The notes: a model not told the origin generated them from the sequence alone. A stretch of DNA of 32,000 nucleotides from Halomicronema hongdechloris C2206 (GCF_002075285.3 NZ_CP021983.2:2460001-2492000), one strand, 5' to 3'; positions 1 through 10,216 are shown, counted from the first letter of the stretch. Made by a program: numbers and translations.

Positions 1-1590
1 AATGTAGTTATTCCAGGTTTTGAGGGAAATTTGTGGTGTCAGGGCCGGTTGCACCCGAGATTTACTGGGCAGGGTCTCTGGCGACTTATCTTTCGGGAAA
101 ACAGCCAGAACCCGAGGCGGCTGAAATTCTTCCAGGGCTTTCTGGGCAATGACCGCATTCACCTCACCGTTATTGGTCATGGCCAACAGCGTTCCCGCCG
201 ACGCTAGGCCAGCTTCCTCTAACACATTGACATCGAGGGCACTGCTGAGGAAAACCTTGAGATTTTCCTGCTCAGCTTGTTGACAGGCTTCCTCATCGGT
301 ATCGATTAACACCACCGATTCTCCATGTTCTTTATAGAGCCGGGCAATCAACAGGCTGAGAGGATTACAGCCCACAACGACAGCGCCACTAGACTGGCTA
401 GAGGTGAGTCTTAGCAGTTGAGCTACCCACCGAGCCGATAGCCCCTGCACCAGCACCGTCAGAATAATCGTTAAAAATACTAGGGCTTTAATGGCATCGC
501 CCCCGCTGATGCCATTGTCTGTCAGCAAAATCCCAAACAATGAGGCCACCGAGGCCGAGACAATGCCGCGGGGAGCAATCCAACTCAAAAATGTTTTTTG
601 ACGCCAGTCCAGATCACTATCACGGGTGCAGAGCCAAATATTCAGAGGCCGTACAATCAGCATCAACACCAGCACCGTCAGCAGCGCCCCTCGCCCCAGG
701 GCAAACACACTGGCGATGGAGAGATCGGCGGCCAACAACACAAACAACACCGATACTGCCAGAATCGTGAGCTGTCCCTTAAAGCGCCGCAGCAACCGTT
801 CATCTGGAACCGAGAGGGCGCGCACCACAATGCCGGCCACCACCGCCGCCATCAGACCAGACTCGCTGCGAATGTTCTGGGCCAGACCAAATAGTCCCCA
901 TAACCCCGCTAAGACCACCAAGTTGCGGAGTTCTTCTGAGAGAAAGTCAGCCCGCTTCAAAAATAGACCAATGATGGCCCCACCCAGAGCACCGATGGCA
1001 GCTCCAATCCCTAAGCGGATTAACAGACCACTGACCACAGAGATAGGAGCTGCATCTCCATTCAGAATAATATCTAGGACCACCACTGCCAGGATGGCCC
1101 CCACCGGGTCGATGAGGACCCCTTCTCCTTCCAACAGGGCGGCCACCTTGCGATCGACCTTGACTTGGCGGAGTAGGGGGTTGATGACGGTGGGACCGGT
1201 AACAACGACCAGAGAGGCATAGAGAAAGGCCAGGGGCCAGGGGAACTCTCCCAACCAGTGAGCAGCCATGCCGCCGCCGATTAAGGTTACGAAAATGCCT
1301 GTGGTGACTAGGTTTCGCAGACTAGTGGAGACCTGCCCCAGGTCTTTCAGTTCTAAGCTCAGCCCCCCTTCAAACAGGATCAAGGCCACACTGAGGGCGA
1401 CCATCACCTCTAAGCCAATGCCCAACGATTGGGGGTGCAGCCAGTCTAAGACATCAGGTCCCAGGCCAATGCCAAATAGCAGTAGAAAAATAATGCTGGG
1501 CACTTTGAAGTACTCAGCAATGACCTGGGCGGAAATTCCTGCCAGGACTGTCAGAACGATCTGTAACGTGACCTCAAAGGGAGCGTCCAT
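1..1590 (-). CDS. Cation:proton (Na+/H+) antiporter, CPA1-type membrane core with C-terminal TrkA-N/RCK-like domain; 3' end runs off the window
   Basis: Absent from the ORF track because there is no stop in the window. Manual minus-strand translation from ATG 1590-1588 gives MDAPFEVTLQIVLTVLAGISAQVIAEYFKVPSIIFLLLFGIGLGPDVLDWL..., a multi-TM region with LEGEGVLIDPVGAILAVVV. It is followed by GAVVVGCNPLSLLIARLYKEHGESVVLIDTDEE (Rossmann/RCK-like). The frame is open down to nt 1. The listed + strand ORFs at 540-1606 are Arg/Thr/Pro-rich antisense artefacts. Confidence 0.8.
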   Translation of the reverse strand, partial: MDAPFEVTLQIVLTVLAGISAQVIAEYFKVPSIIFLLLFGIGLGPDVLDWLHPQSLGIGLEVMVALSVALILFEGGLSLELKDLGQVSTSLRNLVTTGIFVTLIGGGMAAHWLGEFPWPLAFLYASLVVVTGPTVINPLLRQVKVDRKVAALLEGEGVLIDPVGAILAVVVLDIILNGDAAPISVVSGLLIRLGIGAAIGALGGAIIGLFLKRADFLSEELRNLVVLAGLWGLFGLAQNIRSESGLMAAVVAGIVVRALSVPDERLLRRFKGQLTILAVSVLFVLLAADLSIASVFALGRGALLTVLVLMLIVRPLNIWLCTRDSDLDWRQKTFLSWIAPRGIVSASVASLFGILLTDNGISGGDAIKALVFLTIILTVLVQGLSARWVAQLLRLTSSQSSGAVVVGCNPLSLLIARLYKEHGESVVLIDTDEEACQQAEQENLKVFLSSALDVNVLEEAGLASAGTLLAMTNNGEVNAVIAQKALEEFQPPRVLAVFPKDKSPETLPSKSRVQPALTPQISLKTWNNYI

Positions 1591-1911
1591 AAGGCAGCAC
1601 AGCTAGTTGGCCGTCCCCACACTATCTAGAGAACTACGACAGCGTGGCACCCAGGGTTATGATGGCGTGGAACTGTGCACTTGAGAGCAACTGGGTCTAC
1701 CGGTAAAGTCGCTCAATGTCATCGGTTACCCTTTAGGGTAACGCGCTAAGCTCAAGGCAGCAGACTAGCCAAGAGCAACCGGCGATTCTGTCTAGAATAC
1801 CACTCTGCTTGAAGCAGACTGATGAACCCCGATGGCATACGAGGGAAGGGGGGGCGTGGCAGGATGGGGAGATGGAGAGTTATCGGTAAATAGATAGAAT
1901 AACTGCTCTAC

Positions 1912-1939
1912 TGTGAGACATGGGGTGTGAGACATGGGG
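1912..1939. repeat. Perfect 14-nt tandem duplication (TGTGAGACATGGGG x2) in the gpsA-antiporter spacer
   Basis: Read directly: unit 1 is 1912-1925 and unit 2 is 1926-1939. Confidence 0.9.
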
Positions 1940-1973
1940 ATAGGGAGATGACAGGCCCCACACGCCAGAGAGT

Positions 1974-2957
1974 TTAGCTCAATACTTCATCATAGGATTC
2001 TTGCTTGAGTTTCCGTTCCATCAAGGACTCCACGGCTTCTTCCGGGGAAATCTCGTGATTTAACAGCCGATGGACTTCGTAGCTAATGGGGATATATATT
2101 TTCTCGCGACGGGCAATTTCATTGAGTACATGGGCAGTATTGACACCTTCAGCGGTACTCCCTAGTTCTTCTAGGATCTGCTCCAGCTCTTTGCCTTGGG
2201 AGAGGCCATAACCGACTCGGTAGTTGCGGCTGAGGGGGCTGGTACAGGTGGTCAACATATCCCCTAAGCCTGAGAGACCAAAGAAGGTTTCGGCTTGGCC
2301 CCCTAAGTGAGTGCCAATGCGAATCACCTCTGGGATAGCCCGGGTGATCAAGGCGGCTCGGGCATTGTAGCCTAATTTGAGTCCGTCACAGACACCGACG
2401 GCAATGGCGATGATATTTTTCAGGGTGCCGCCTAATTCGGCTCCCAGGGGATCCGTGCTGCTATAGGCCCGAAAGTTCTCGCAGGCAAAGAGGTGTTGCA
2501 CGGCTTCCGCGGCTAGCACATCTTCACTGGCAACAACCGTGGCCGCGGGTAATCCCTGTTCAATTTCCTTCGATAGGTTAGGCCCTGATAGCACCACGAT
2601 GGCGTGGTTGGGAAAGGTATTGTGGTAAATCTGCGAGGGAGTGAGGGTGCTTTCGGGGTCAAGCCCTTTGGTGGCGGTGACCAAGATGGTGTTCTCGGGA
2701 ATGGAGAGGGCTTTTAGGCGTTTGGCCACCTCTGAGACCCCTTTCATGGAAATAGCTGAGAGGATAATTTGGGCCCCATCGACGGCCTCTGCCAGGCTGA
2801 GATCTCCTCGCCGGGACCAGATGCGCACCTGATGCCCATTATTGGTGGCCAGGGCAGCCAAGGCAGTTCCCCATGCCCCGGCTCCCAAGATAGTGAGATT
2901 GACCTGGGGAGCGTGCTTTAGCTGGGTAAATAGGGCGTCGCGAGTCTCAGCAGTCAT
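1974..2957 (-). CDS. gpsA: NAD(P)H-dependent glycerol-3-phosphate dehydrogenase
   Basis: ORF 1974..3056. It has the N-terminal dinucleotide fold NLTILGAGAWGTALAALATNNGHQVRIWSRR and GpsA-like motifs (LSGPNLSKEI, GTLKNIIAIAVGV, NYRVGYGL). The preferred start is the internal ATG at 2957 (MTAETRD...), which avoids overlap with the upstream glpD stop at 3010. Confidence 0.9.
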   Translation of the reverse strand: MTAETRDALFTQLKHAPQVNLTILGAGAWGTALAALATNNGHQVRIWSRRGDLSLAEAVDGAQIILSAISMKGVSEVAKRLKALSIPENTILVTATKGLDPESTLTPSQIYHNTFPNHAIVVLSGPNLSKEIEQGLPAATVVASEDVLAAEAVQHLFACENFRAYSSTDPLGAELGGTLKNIIAIAVGVCDGLKLGYNARAALITRAIPEVIRIGTHLGGQAETFFGLSGLGDMLTTCTSPLSRNYRVGYGLSQGKELEQILEELGSTAEGVNTAHVLNEIARREKIYIPISYEVHRLLNHEISPEEAVESLMERKLKQESYDEVLS

Positions 2958-3009
2958 GAAAAGTATGGTTAAACGAGTGGCTATTGTCCATGGCCCATTG
3001 TAAGCCGCT

Positions 3010-4704
3010 TCAGTCAGAACTAGCGGTAGCCGTCTGTAGGGGAGTGGGCAGGGCACCGGCTTGCAGCTGATAGTCTGGAATGCAGTTAGCTGTCATGTAG
3101 CTGTGATAGAGCTGAATGTTGCGATCGCACCGCTCCTCACTCCAGCCACAGTAGGTTCGCAGCACATCGGCCACCACGGGCAGCGCCCCAAATCCATACT
3201 TTTGGTGCATGGCAATGGTGGTGCGCCGACGCAGGATATCGGTAAACCGCTGAGCCATCTCAGCCTGTGCCGCAAACACGATCTGAGCCTTGATGTCTAA
3301 TAGTCCAGCCACAATCGGTTCTCCCAACTCAGGCTGCTCATCCACTAGCGCCAACAGTTTTTCAGTGCGAGCACCATACATGCCCAACAAATGATCCAAC
3401 ACTGGGGCCGGGATGCGTCCCTGATAACGGGCATGGAGCTCCTCTACCCGGGGGTCATCCAGTAGGATTGCTCCCGGCAATGGCCGCTTGTGGGTAGGAC
3501 AGGCCGGAATCGCCTGTTTACGCTTGCGAAAGACAGCGTTGACAAATTCTTCGCCCACCTGGCGATGGGTGGTCAGTTTTCCGCCAATCAATGAAATTAA
3601 ATTACTCGCCCCTTCCTCCGTGTGGTCATGGAGAATGTGGGCTCGGGTAATACTGCCAGCCTTTTTACCTTCGGCAAACGGTAGTGGGCGTACCCCGGAA
3701 TATGTGAACTTAACGTCTTCACGGGTCAGATGAGCGGCCGGCAGCACTCGATTTGTCTCAGTGATGAGATAGTCAATCTCCTGATCACTAGCCTTGATGT
3801 GGTCCAGAGGGCCATCGTAGCGCTCGTCGGTGGTGCCGATCAGATACTGACCTAACCAGGGCACAATGAAATAAGGACGACCATCAGATTTGGCCTCCAC
3901 ATACAACGCGCCTTCAGGGGCCCCAGGGAACGGGTCAACAATAATATGGCTGCCTTTCGTTCCCCCGATCTTGCGGCCCTTGCTGAGCTGCGAGGGATTC
4001 AAGCCACACACCTTATCTACCCAAGGCCCCGAGGTATTCACCACAACGGTTTGCTCGTGGGTCTGTAGTTGGAAGGTTTCTCCACCCAGAGTATCCCGGC
4101 AGGTGAGCCTGACGACGCGATTTTGCTCCGTTTCGATGGCGACCACTTCGGTGTAGTTCATCACAGTAGCTCCCGCCTGTTGGGCATCCAGTAGGTTTTC
4201 CAAACACAGGCGCTCTGCATGTTCAGCCTGACCGTCATAATATTGGGCGGCTCCAGTCAGCTCCTCCGAGTCAATGGCGCGAAACAGCTGCCGTACACTG
4301 GCCTTAGACAGCATGCGATGGTTTGGCAGGGATTTGTCATAGCTAAGCAGGTCATAGAGAATCATTCCTGCCTGAATAATGCGGTAGCTGCGGGAACCAC
4401 TGCGATAGATAGGAATTGTCATCTGAATCGGCTTAGCAATATGGGGAGCAGTATGCAGCAATACTTCCCGCTCATGCAAAGACTCTCGCACCAGGTGAAA
4501 TTCAAAATACTCTAAGTATCTAAGGCCGCCGTGAATTAAGCGCGTCGACCAACTGGTCGTGCCCCCAGCAAAATCATCCTTTTCCACCAGAATCGTTTTC
4601 AGGCCACGGAGGGCAGCGTCCCGGGCCGTCGCCGCCCCATTAATGCCGCCACCAATGATAATGACGTCAAACGCAGTATTCTCGATCGCTTTAAAGTTAC
4701 GCAT
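3010..4704 (-). CDS. glpD: FAD-dependent glycerol-3-phosphate dehydrogenase
   Basis: 564 aa ORF. The N-terminal FAD fold is FDVIIIGGGINGAATARDAALRGLKTILVEKDDFAGGTTSWSTRLIHGGLRYLE, which is typical of GlpD/GlpA. Confidence 0.9.
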   Translation of the reverse strand: MRNFKAIENTAFDVIIIGGGINGAATARDAALRGLKTILVEKDDFAGGTTSWSTRLIHGGLRYLEYFEFHLVRESLHEREVLLHTAPHIAKPIQMTIPIYRSGSRSYRIIQAGMILYDLLSYDKSLPNHRMLSKASVRQLFRAIDSEELTGAAQYYDGQAEHAERLCLENLLDAQQAGATVMNYTEVVAIETEQNRVVRLTCRDTLGGETFQLQTHEQTVVVNTSGPWVDKVCGLNPSQLSKGRKIGGTKGSHIIVDPFPGAPEGALYVEAKSDGRPYFIVPWLGQYLIGTTDERYDGPLDHIKASDQEIDYLITETNRVLPAAHLTREDVKFTYSGVRPLPFAEGKKAGSITRAHILHDHTEEGASNLISLIGGKLTTHRQVGEEFVNAVFRKRKQAIPACPTHKRPLPGAILLDDPRVEELHARYQGRIPAPVLDHLLGMYGARTEKLLALVDEQPELGEPIVAGLLDIKAQIVFAAQAEMAQRFTDILRRRTTIAMHQKYGFGALPVVADVLRTYCGWSEERCDRNIQLYHSYMTANCIPDYQLQAGALPTPLQTATASSD

Positions 4705-4762
4705 GGGTCAAGAAGTCTAATCAATGGGATGGAGTTAATGAACAACTGCCCTCCGGCCAGCC

Positions 4763-6265
4763 TTAGACTAACGCAGGTTCTTCGGCCTCAGCGACAATCG
4801 CCTTAGCTTCCCGGAACATATGGTTAGCCCACTGTTGCACGTCATAACGACGTACCGCTTCATACAGCTTTGTCATCCGCTGCTTTTGCTCGTCAGGGGA
4901 CATATCTAACGCCAAATCAATACAGTCATCCATATGCTTATCGGCATAGGGATTGGTTAACACCGCATCCGGCAACTCCACCGCAGAGCCTGTAAATTCG
5001 GAGAGAATCAGCACCCCATCTTCTCCGGCATGGGCCGAAATATATTCCTTAGCGACTAGGTTGAGGCCATCTCGTAGGGGAGGGATCCAAGCAATATCAG
5101 CGGTCTTGTAAAAGGCCATCAAATCATCAAACGGCACTGGCTCAGTAAATAACACAATGGGCGTCCAGTTTAATTTCGAGAAGCGGCCATTGATTTTGCC
5201 CACAAGCTGCTCGATCTGGCTCTGAGCCGTCTTGTAAACCCGCATGCCCGCAGCGGCTTTCACTGCTGTCATGATCAAATTTACCTTCCCTTGCCACTCT
5301 GGGCGCCGCTCCAGGAGGCGCTCGTAACACAACAGCATTTCGCGGGCACCCTTGACATAGTCCACCCGACCAGCTGAAACAATCAGCTTGTTATCACCGA
5401 TATCGTCACGAATTTGCTTCACCCGCTCTTGCACAGAGGGCTTGTTCACCATCTCCTGAATGTAGCCAGGATTGGTGCCCACCGGGAAGGCATCCACATT
5501 GACAATGCGCCCCTGGTACTTCAACTTGGTGGTCATCTCAGGTTCAGCTAGGGCTGTACCAAAGGGAGTAAAGGCCTCTGGCACCGGTTTTTTTTCCACC
5601 AGCTCCACATCCCGCAGGCTACGAGCTGCAGAGACGAAGTTCTCCACATAGCGGGGAATATGGAACCCACAGAGATCGCAACAGAGTAGGCTATCTACAA
5701 TGGCCTCTCGCCAATGCAGAATATTAAACACATCCGCGGCTGGGAACGGCGTGTGATGGAAGAAGGCAATCTTCACATTGGGCATCTTCTGCCGAATGTA
5801 ATAGGGAGTCAGCCACAGGTTGTAATCATGGATCCAGATCAGGGCATCCTCTGCCGCTTCTTCACAGGCTGCTTCGGCAAAGAGTTGATTGATATAGGTA
5901 AAGTTTTCCCAGTCGGAGCTTTCGTAGGTGAAGTGCTCTGGGAATGAATGCAAAATTGGCCAAAAAGCTTCCTTGGCCGTGATGTAGTAGAAATTTCTAA
6001 CTCGGTCAGCAGTCAGGGGAATGCGACGGATCACCGCCTCGTCGCTCCACCCTTCCATGGTGACTCGATCCTGAAACTCTTCCTGCTGTTTGGCGGTTAC
6101 CTGTTTCCAGGCAATCCAGGTACTACTCTCGGCATTGGCAAAGAAACTTTTTAAGGTTGGCACAATGCCGTTGGGACTTTTCTTCTCACGGTAGATGGTT
6201 TTCCCATTTTCCTGGACTTCGTCGTAGGGTTCTCGGTGATAGAGAATGACGAGGGACGATTTCAT
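4763..6265 (-). CDS. ggpS: Glucosylglycerol-phosphate synthase (GT20 family)
   Basis: 500 aa ORF starting MKSSLVILYHREPYDEVQENGKTIYREKKSPNGIVPTLKSFF..., with IAFFHHTPFP and CDLCGFHIPRYVENF. Its length and N-terminus match my recollection of cyanobacterial GgpS. An AGGAGG lies 6 nt upstream of the ATG. It is linked to glpD and gpsA. Confidence 0.85.
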   Translation of the reverse strand: MKSSLVILYHREPYDEVQENGKTIYREKKSPNGIVPTLKSFFANAESSTWIAWKQVTAKQQEEFQDRVTMEGWSDEAVIRRIPLTADRVRNFYYITAKEAFWPILHSFPEHFTYESSDWENFTYINQLFAEAACEEAAEDALIWIHDYNLWLTPYYIRQKMPNVKIAFFHHTPFPAADVFNILHWREAIVDSLLCCDLCGFHIPRYVENFVSAARSLRDVELVEKKPVPEAFTPFGTALAEPEMTTKLKYQGRIVNVDAFPVGTNPGYIQEMVNKPSVQERVKQIRDDIGDNKLIVSAGRVDYVKGAREMLLCYERLLERRPEWQGKVNLIMTAVKAAAGMRVYKTAQSQIEQLVGKINGRFSKLNWTPIVLFTEPVPFDDLMAFYKTADIAWIPPLRDGLNLVAKEYISAHAGEDGVLILSEFTGSAVELPDAVLTNPYADKHMDDCIDLALDMSPDEQKQRMTKLYEAVRRYDVQQWANHMFREAKAIVAEAEEPALV

Positions 6266-7453
6266 TAGGGTGCCTCCTAACGGCTACAAGAATGGAACGG
6301 AGCCAGCGGCCTCCAACCTGAGTTGGCTCCTAGACTCGGATTAACAAGGGCTGGCTATCTGACGAGGTCATGGCCAAGACAGTGCTGCAGCCAAGCCACG
6401 ATCATGATTAACCCCAAGCGTCTCGGTCGCAGTGGGGCACAGAACCATTACCCTTGTCAGGTAACCCTGTGCTGACAAACTGGTAGGGTAAACCTCACCA
6501 GTTCCCTGAGGCTTGACTCTGAAATAGCCAATTCGATTCCCCCTGGGGCATTGATGCAGAGTGGTATTGGTCATGACTGCCGGCAACGGGCGATATCCTC
6601 GATAAGCTGCGCTAACGGATGTCAACAATGACACGTGACTACTCCTCGACACTACCCCTCATAGCTATGAGTAAGCTGGTAAATGTCTTGGCAGTACATT
6701 AATGGTCTGGCTCTAACCCTATACGGTAAGCCCCTACGAGAGGGCTGAGGTCGCCTACAGTATACCCACCTCACTCAACCGTTGTGAACGCCCTAGGCGC
6801 TACTGTGGTTGCCTGACTGTAGGGATAGTCGTCATAATGGGAAGCTAGCTTCTTTCAGATCGGCTCTGAGGTTGGCAGTACTCAGGGAATTGCTACTCCT
6901 CACTCTGAAGTACTGACTGAGGGCTGATCCCGATTAAGGGCAAGGGCGCACTAGAAGCCCTGTAAAGGACCTGCCCACAGCACAATCAAATTCCTGAGAA
7001 TCGCTTGACCCGGCCAGCTATTGCAGGCAACTATTAGGGAAAGGATCAAAATAAAATTTAATTATCAATATATTTATGGAAACCTTACCCGAACAGATAA
7101 ATTTCACGCCAGCAGATCAAGGGGATGCCCCTGATCGGGTTTAAATTTTTCATTAGGCATCATCATAGACCCGTGGTGTCGCTTAAACTCCCTTACCCTC
7201 GCCGGGAATCTCATAAGCTCAGGGATATCACTGTTAGACTGATGGCCAAGACAGCTATATCTCACCTCGGTTGACCCCCGGGGAAGGAGTTTTATAGTTA
7301 GGGGTTTCCCCAGCAGGAGCATCACTCCGCCCCCATGGACTATCTGGCCCAATGGAGGTCTAGGCATCTCAGGTTACCCCTTATCTGCCGCCAAGGAATA
7401 AAGGGGTAGGTCTTTGACGGGGATGAGCTGCCAGGTATCGCCCAGCAAAGAGG

Positions 7454-10216
7454 ATGTCTAGAACGTCTGATCGAGGTCTCAAGCATGTCTACGTCCAAAA
7501 GCTCAAGACCTTCAAAACTCTGGGCTTTGGCCCCAGGCAAGTAGCGCGGTCTACCGATAGGCTAACCTTTTCAAACAGCCCTCAGATACAGTTGCTCCAG
7601 GCAACCCAATCGGCACTGAATCAGGTATTGCGAGGCATCGTGGTTGTAAAAACAGGAAAAGCGGCAAAGCAGAAAAAGACAGCTCCCCGGCTCTACCTAG
7701 TGGAGGATGAGACCCATACGCTCTTGGACTGGGCTATCTCGATCATGAAGTCAGATGATACCTTCTTCGGCAAGGGCCAGAAGCTGGCTCGTCGGTTGGG
7801 GGCCCATTATCGCCGGGATGGCTTGACAGAATTTGGCTTCTGGACGCCGGAGCTGACGGCGGATGTAATCCAGTCGGAACGAACCCTGGAATTAGAAATT
7901 TTTACTCCTCTGCAGCCCATTGATTTTCGGGCCCCCCAACAATCCTTGAAATTTCAGCGCGATCGCATCCCTGTGGCTAAGCAGGGCGAGTTCACCTGGG
8001 CAGTGGTCGCCGGCATTAGGGCCGGGGAACGGGACCAGGCCGGCTGTTTTTACTGGTTACGCTACGTCGATGCCGACGGCCATATTCACATCATCCGGGA
8101 TCCCCTGGCTTATTCCTTGCCCTATGGCGTCTTTGCCCCGGCTGAGGTTTATGACATGCGGCGGCTGCAGCGACATCGGGGAGATCTGAACTATTTCCGC
8201 CGCACCGCTGCCCCTAAAGGCATCCCGGATGCGCCAGTGCCGCGGGTGCCAGCTCCGACGAATATCTTACAGATCCATGTCAAAACCGCTTCTCCAGACG
8301 GAACCTTAGAAGGCCTCACCCAGGTTTATCGCCGTATTTCTGACCGATTGGCTGCCGGTGACCTGCTGACGCCAGCCGAAGAAGTCTACACCGGCTATGA
8401 TGCCGTGCAACTGCTGCCGGTAGAGCCCACCATCGAATATCGTCGAGAAGACACCAACATCGATCACGAGTTTTTTGCCATCACCCCCGATGACGAAGCC
8501 AACCTCAAGAGCCAAGCCACCCTAGAGATCACCCTACGCAAAGCCAATACCCAAAACTGGGGCTATGACGTTCCTATCCTGGGGTCATCGGCCACCAATC
8601 CCGCTGTCCTCGGCAGCCTGCGGCCAGACGAGGTAGTCGACTTTGTCACCACCTTACATAACTTTTCGGCGGGGTCCATTCAGTTGATCTATGACGTTGT
8701 CTATGGCCATGCCGATAACCAGGGGCTAGAACTGCTGACGCAGCAATTCTTTAAGGGGCCCAACATGTATGGTCAGGACTTGAACCATCAGTTGCCCCAA
8801 GTGCGAGCTCTGCTGCTGGAGATGCAGCGACGCAAGATCAATACCGGGGCTGACGGTATTCGAGTAGATGGTGGGCAAGATTTTCGATTCTTCAATCCCC
8901 TCTCAGGGCGCGTGGAACAGGATGACGCCTATCTACTGGCCATGAGTGATGTGGAGCAAAATATTCAGGGCTATCGCCGCTACCTGTTCACTATCTTCGA
9001 AGACGGCCGTCCCTGGCCAGAGGAAGGCTGGGAGGAAAAGTCGACCTACCGAGAATTGATCGACATTAAGCCCGAGTCTTTCCAGTGGGGACCACTCATC
9101 TTTGCCCATAACACTCCGACCCTACAGGGATTCTGGGATCGCAAATGGCGGCGGGTGTGTGAAGTGATTTTCCAGGGAGATCATTGGATTACCGGCTGCG
9201 GTAACCACGATACCGTGCGGCGAGGGAATCAGATTAGCCCCGATAGCAATATCAACTGGAATCTGGGCAAGACGCTACCAGAGGTACTAAACCGGGCCTA
9301 TAACAATTCAGCCACGTTGCTATGGGTCCATGGCTTCAGCCCGGGGCTACCTATGGACTTTCTCAATGCTAGTGTTGGTACCCCCTGGGGCTTTTTCCGC
9401 AACACCGACGATCGCTACGGCGTCAAGGTGGTTTCGGAGGAGGTGGGCTTTCTAGATTGGCAGATTGAGCCGGCCATGTACGATCGCATCGATGCCTTTC
9501 CCCGACTCAAGGCCCTAGGCTTCCAGGATTTCAATCAATTACGAGATTTTTCCTATGCCCTGTGCGAGGCCATGATCGAAACCGACTATGACTTGGGCAA
9601 AGTGGCCGATATCTGCCGCCATTGTCTGGGAGAGCACGATGGCGTCTGCGAGGTTCCGGCCCTGGGGGAACTTAACGAGCCTAACTTACCCCACTTCTTA
9701 GCCACCTTGGATGTGCCTAAACTCAAGGCCTTTGCCATGGCCTTCATGGAAGACGGCCACGACATGTGTAATGTCTCTCGCTATGGCGAGGAACTGGATC
9801 CTTCCGTCAGTCATTTTGGCCTGAAACTGCGGGAATTTCGACGGCATCATCCTTGGCTGCAGCAGAACTTCACCGGCCGCGATCGCTTCAATCGCATCAG
9901 CGACGATCAGCGCACCATTTTCTATGGGTATCGCAGCCATCTAGACCCAGACCATGGCCACGGTTTAGACGAAGTCGTGATGATCGCTCATATGGGAGGC
10001 GAACCCATGGTGGTGAATCCAGGGGATTGGCTGCAGCTGGACATGACCGAGTGGCAAGTAGTGGTGGCCAGCCCAGGCCTGAATCTAGAAGATCTCGCGG
10101 ATCTACGGGGCTTTGAACTGCGGGATGGACAAGGGGTGCTCTTAAAATCTGTGCCCCGGTCAGCTCCTTCCACTGCAAACTTGAGTTTGGAAGAACGCCT
10201 GGGAGCCCGCCATTAA
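7454..10216 (+). CDS. gghA: Large GH13-like glycoside hydrolase, probable glucosylglycerol hydrolase (GghA/Slr1670-like); start codon uncertain
   Basis: 920 aa ORF. All four GH13-type conserved regions are visible: IYDVVYGHADN (region I), GADGIRVDGGQDF (II), FTIFEDGRPW (III) and GCGNHDTVRRG (IV). It is divergently placed to ggpS. The specific GghA call is an inference from context plus published linkage of gghA with glucosylglycerol genes. Confidence 0.6.
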   Translation: MSRTSDRGLKHVYVQKLKTFKTLGFGPRQVARSTDRLTFSNSPQIQLLQATQSALNQVLRGIVVVKTGKAAKQKKTAPRLYLVEDETHTLLDWAISIMKSDDTFFGKGQKLARRLGAHYRRDGLTEFGFWTPELTADVIQSERTLELEIFTPLQPIDFRAPQQSLKFQRDRIPVAKQGEFTWAVVAGIRAGERDQAGCFYWLRYVDADGHIHIIRDPLAYSLPYGVFAPAEVYDMRRLQRHRGDLNYFRRTAAPKGIPDAPVPRVPAPTNILQIHVKTASPDGTLEGLTQVYRRISDRLAAGDLLTPAEEVYTGYDAVQLLPVEPTIEYRREDTNIDHEFFAITPDDEANLKSQATLEITLRKANTQNWGYDVPILGSSATNPAVLGSLRPDEVVDFVTTLHNFSAGSIQLIYDVVYGHADNQGLELLTQQFFKGPNMYGQDLNHQLPQVRALLLEMQRRKINTGADGIRVDGGQDFRFFNPLSGRVEQDDAYLLAMSDVEQNIQGYRRYLFTIFEDGRPWPEEGWEEKSTYRELIDIKPESFQWGPLIFAHNTPTLQGFWDRKWRRVCEVIFQGDHWITGCGNHDTVRRGNQISPDSNINWNLGKTLPEVLNRAYNNSATLLWVHGFSPGLPMDFLNASVGTPWGFFRNTDDRYGVKVVSEEVGFLDWQIEPAMYDRIDAFPRLKALGFQDFNQLRDFSYALCEAMIETDYDLGKVADICRHCLGEHDGVCEVPALGELNEPNLPHFLATLDVPKLKAFAMAFMEDGHDMCNVSRYGEELDPSVSHFGLKLREFRRHHPWLQQNFTGRDRFNRISDDQRTIFYGYRSHLDPDHGHGLDEVVMIAHMGGEPMVVNPGDWLQLDMTEWQVVVASPGLNLEDLADLRGFELRDGQGVLLKSVPRSAPSTANLSLEERLGARH

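Noticed and set aside
540-1606. Four overlapping + strand ORFs (76-198 aa) at the left end
   Set aside because: They are Arg/Thr/Pro/Ser-rich and have no motifs. They are antisense to a clean multi-TM antiporter frame that is open across the whole interval, so they are antisense artefacts.
2958-3056. N-terminal extension of the gpsA ORF overlapping the glpD 3' end
   Set aside because: The extension precedes the Rossmann fold and has no homology-like features. The internal ATG at 2957 gives a normal GpsA N-terminus without overlap.
6532-6540. T-loop-like TTCGATTCC motif suggesting a tRNA
   Set aside because: The flanking 5-nt arms (AGCCA / CCCTG) are not complementary, and no acceptor or anticodon arms can be drawn. 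It is not a tRNA.
6370-7254. Exact 13-nt direct repeat ATGGCCAAGACAG at 6370-6382 and 7242-7254, which could be a target-site duplication flanking an ~860 bp insert
   Set aside because: There are no terminal inverted repeats just inside the copies and no transposase remnant. A few 13-mer coincidences are expected in 32 kb. I keep it only as a weak note.
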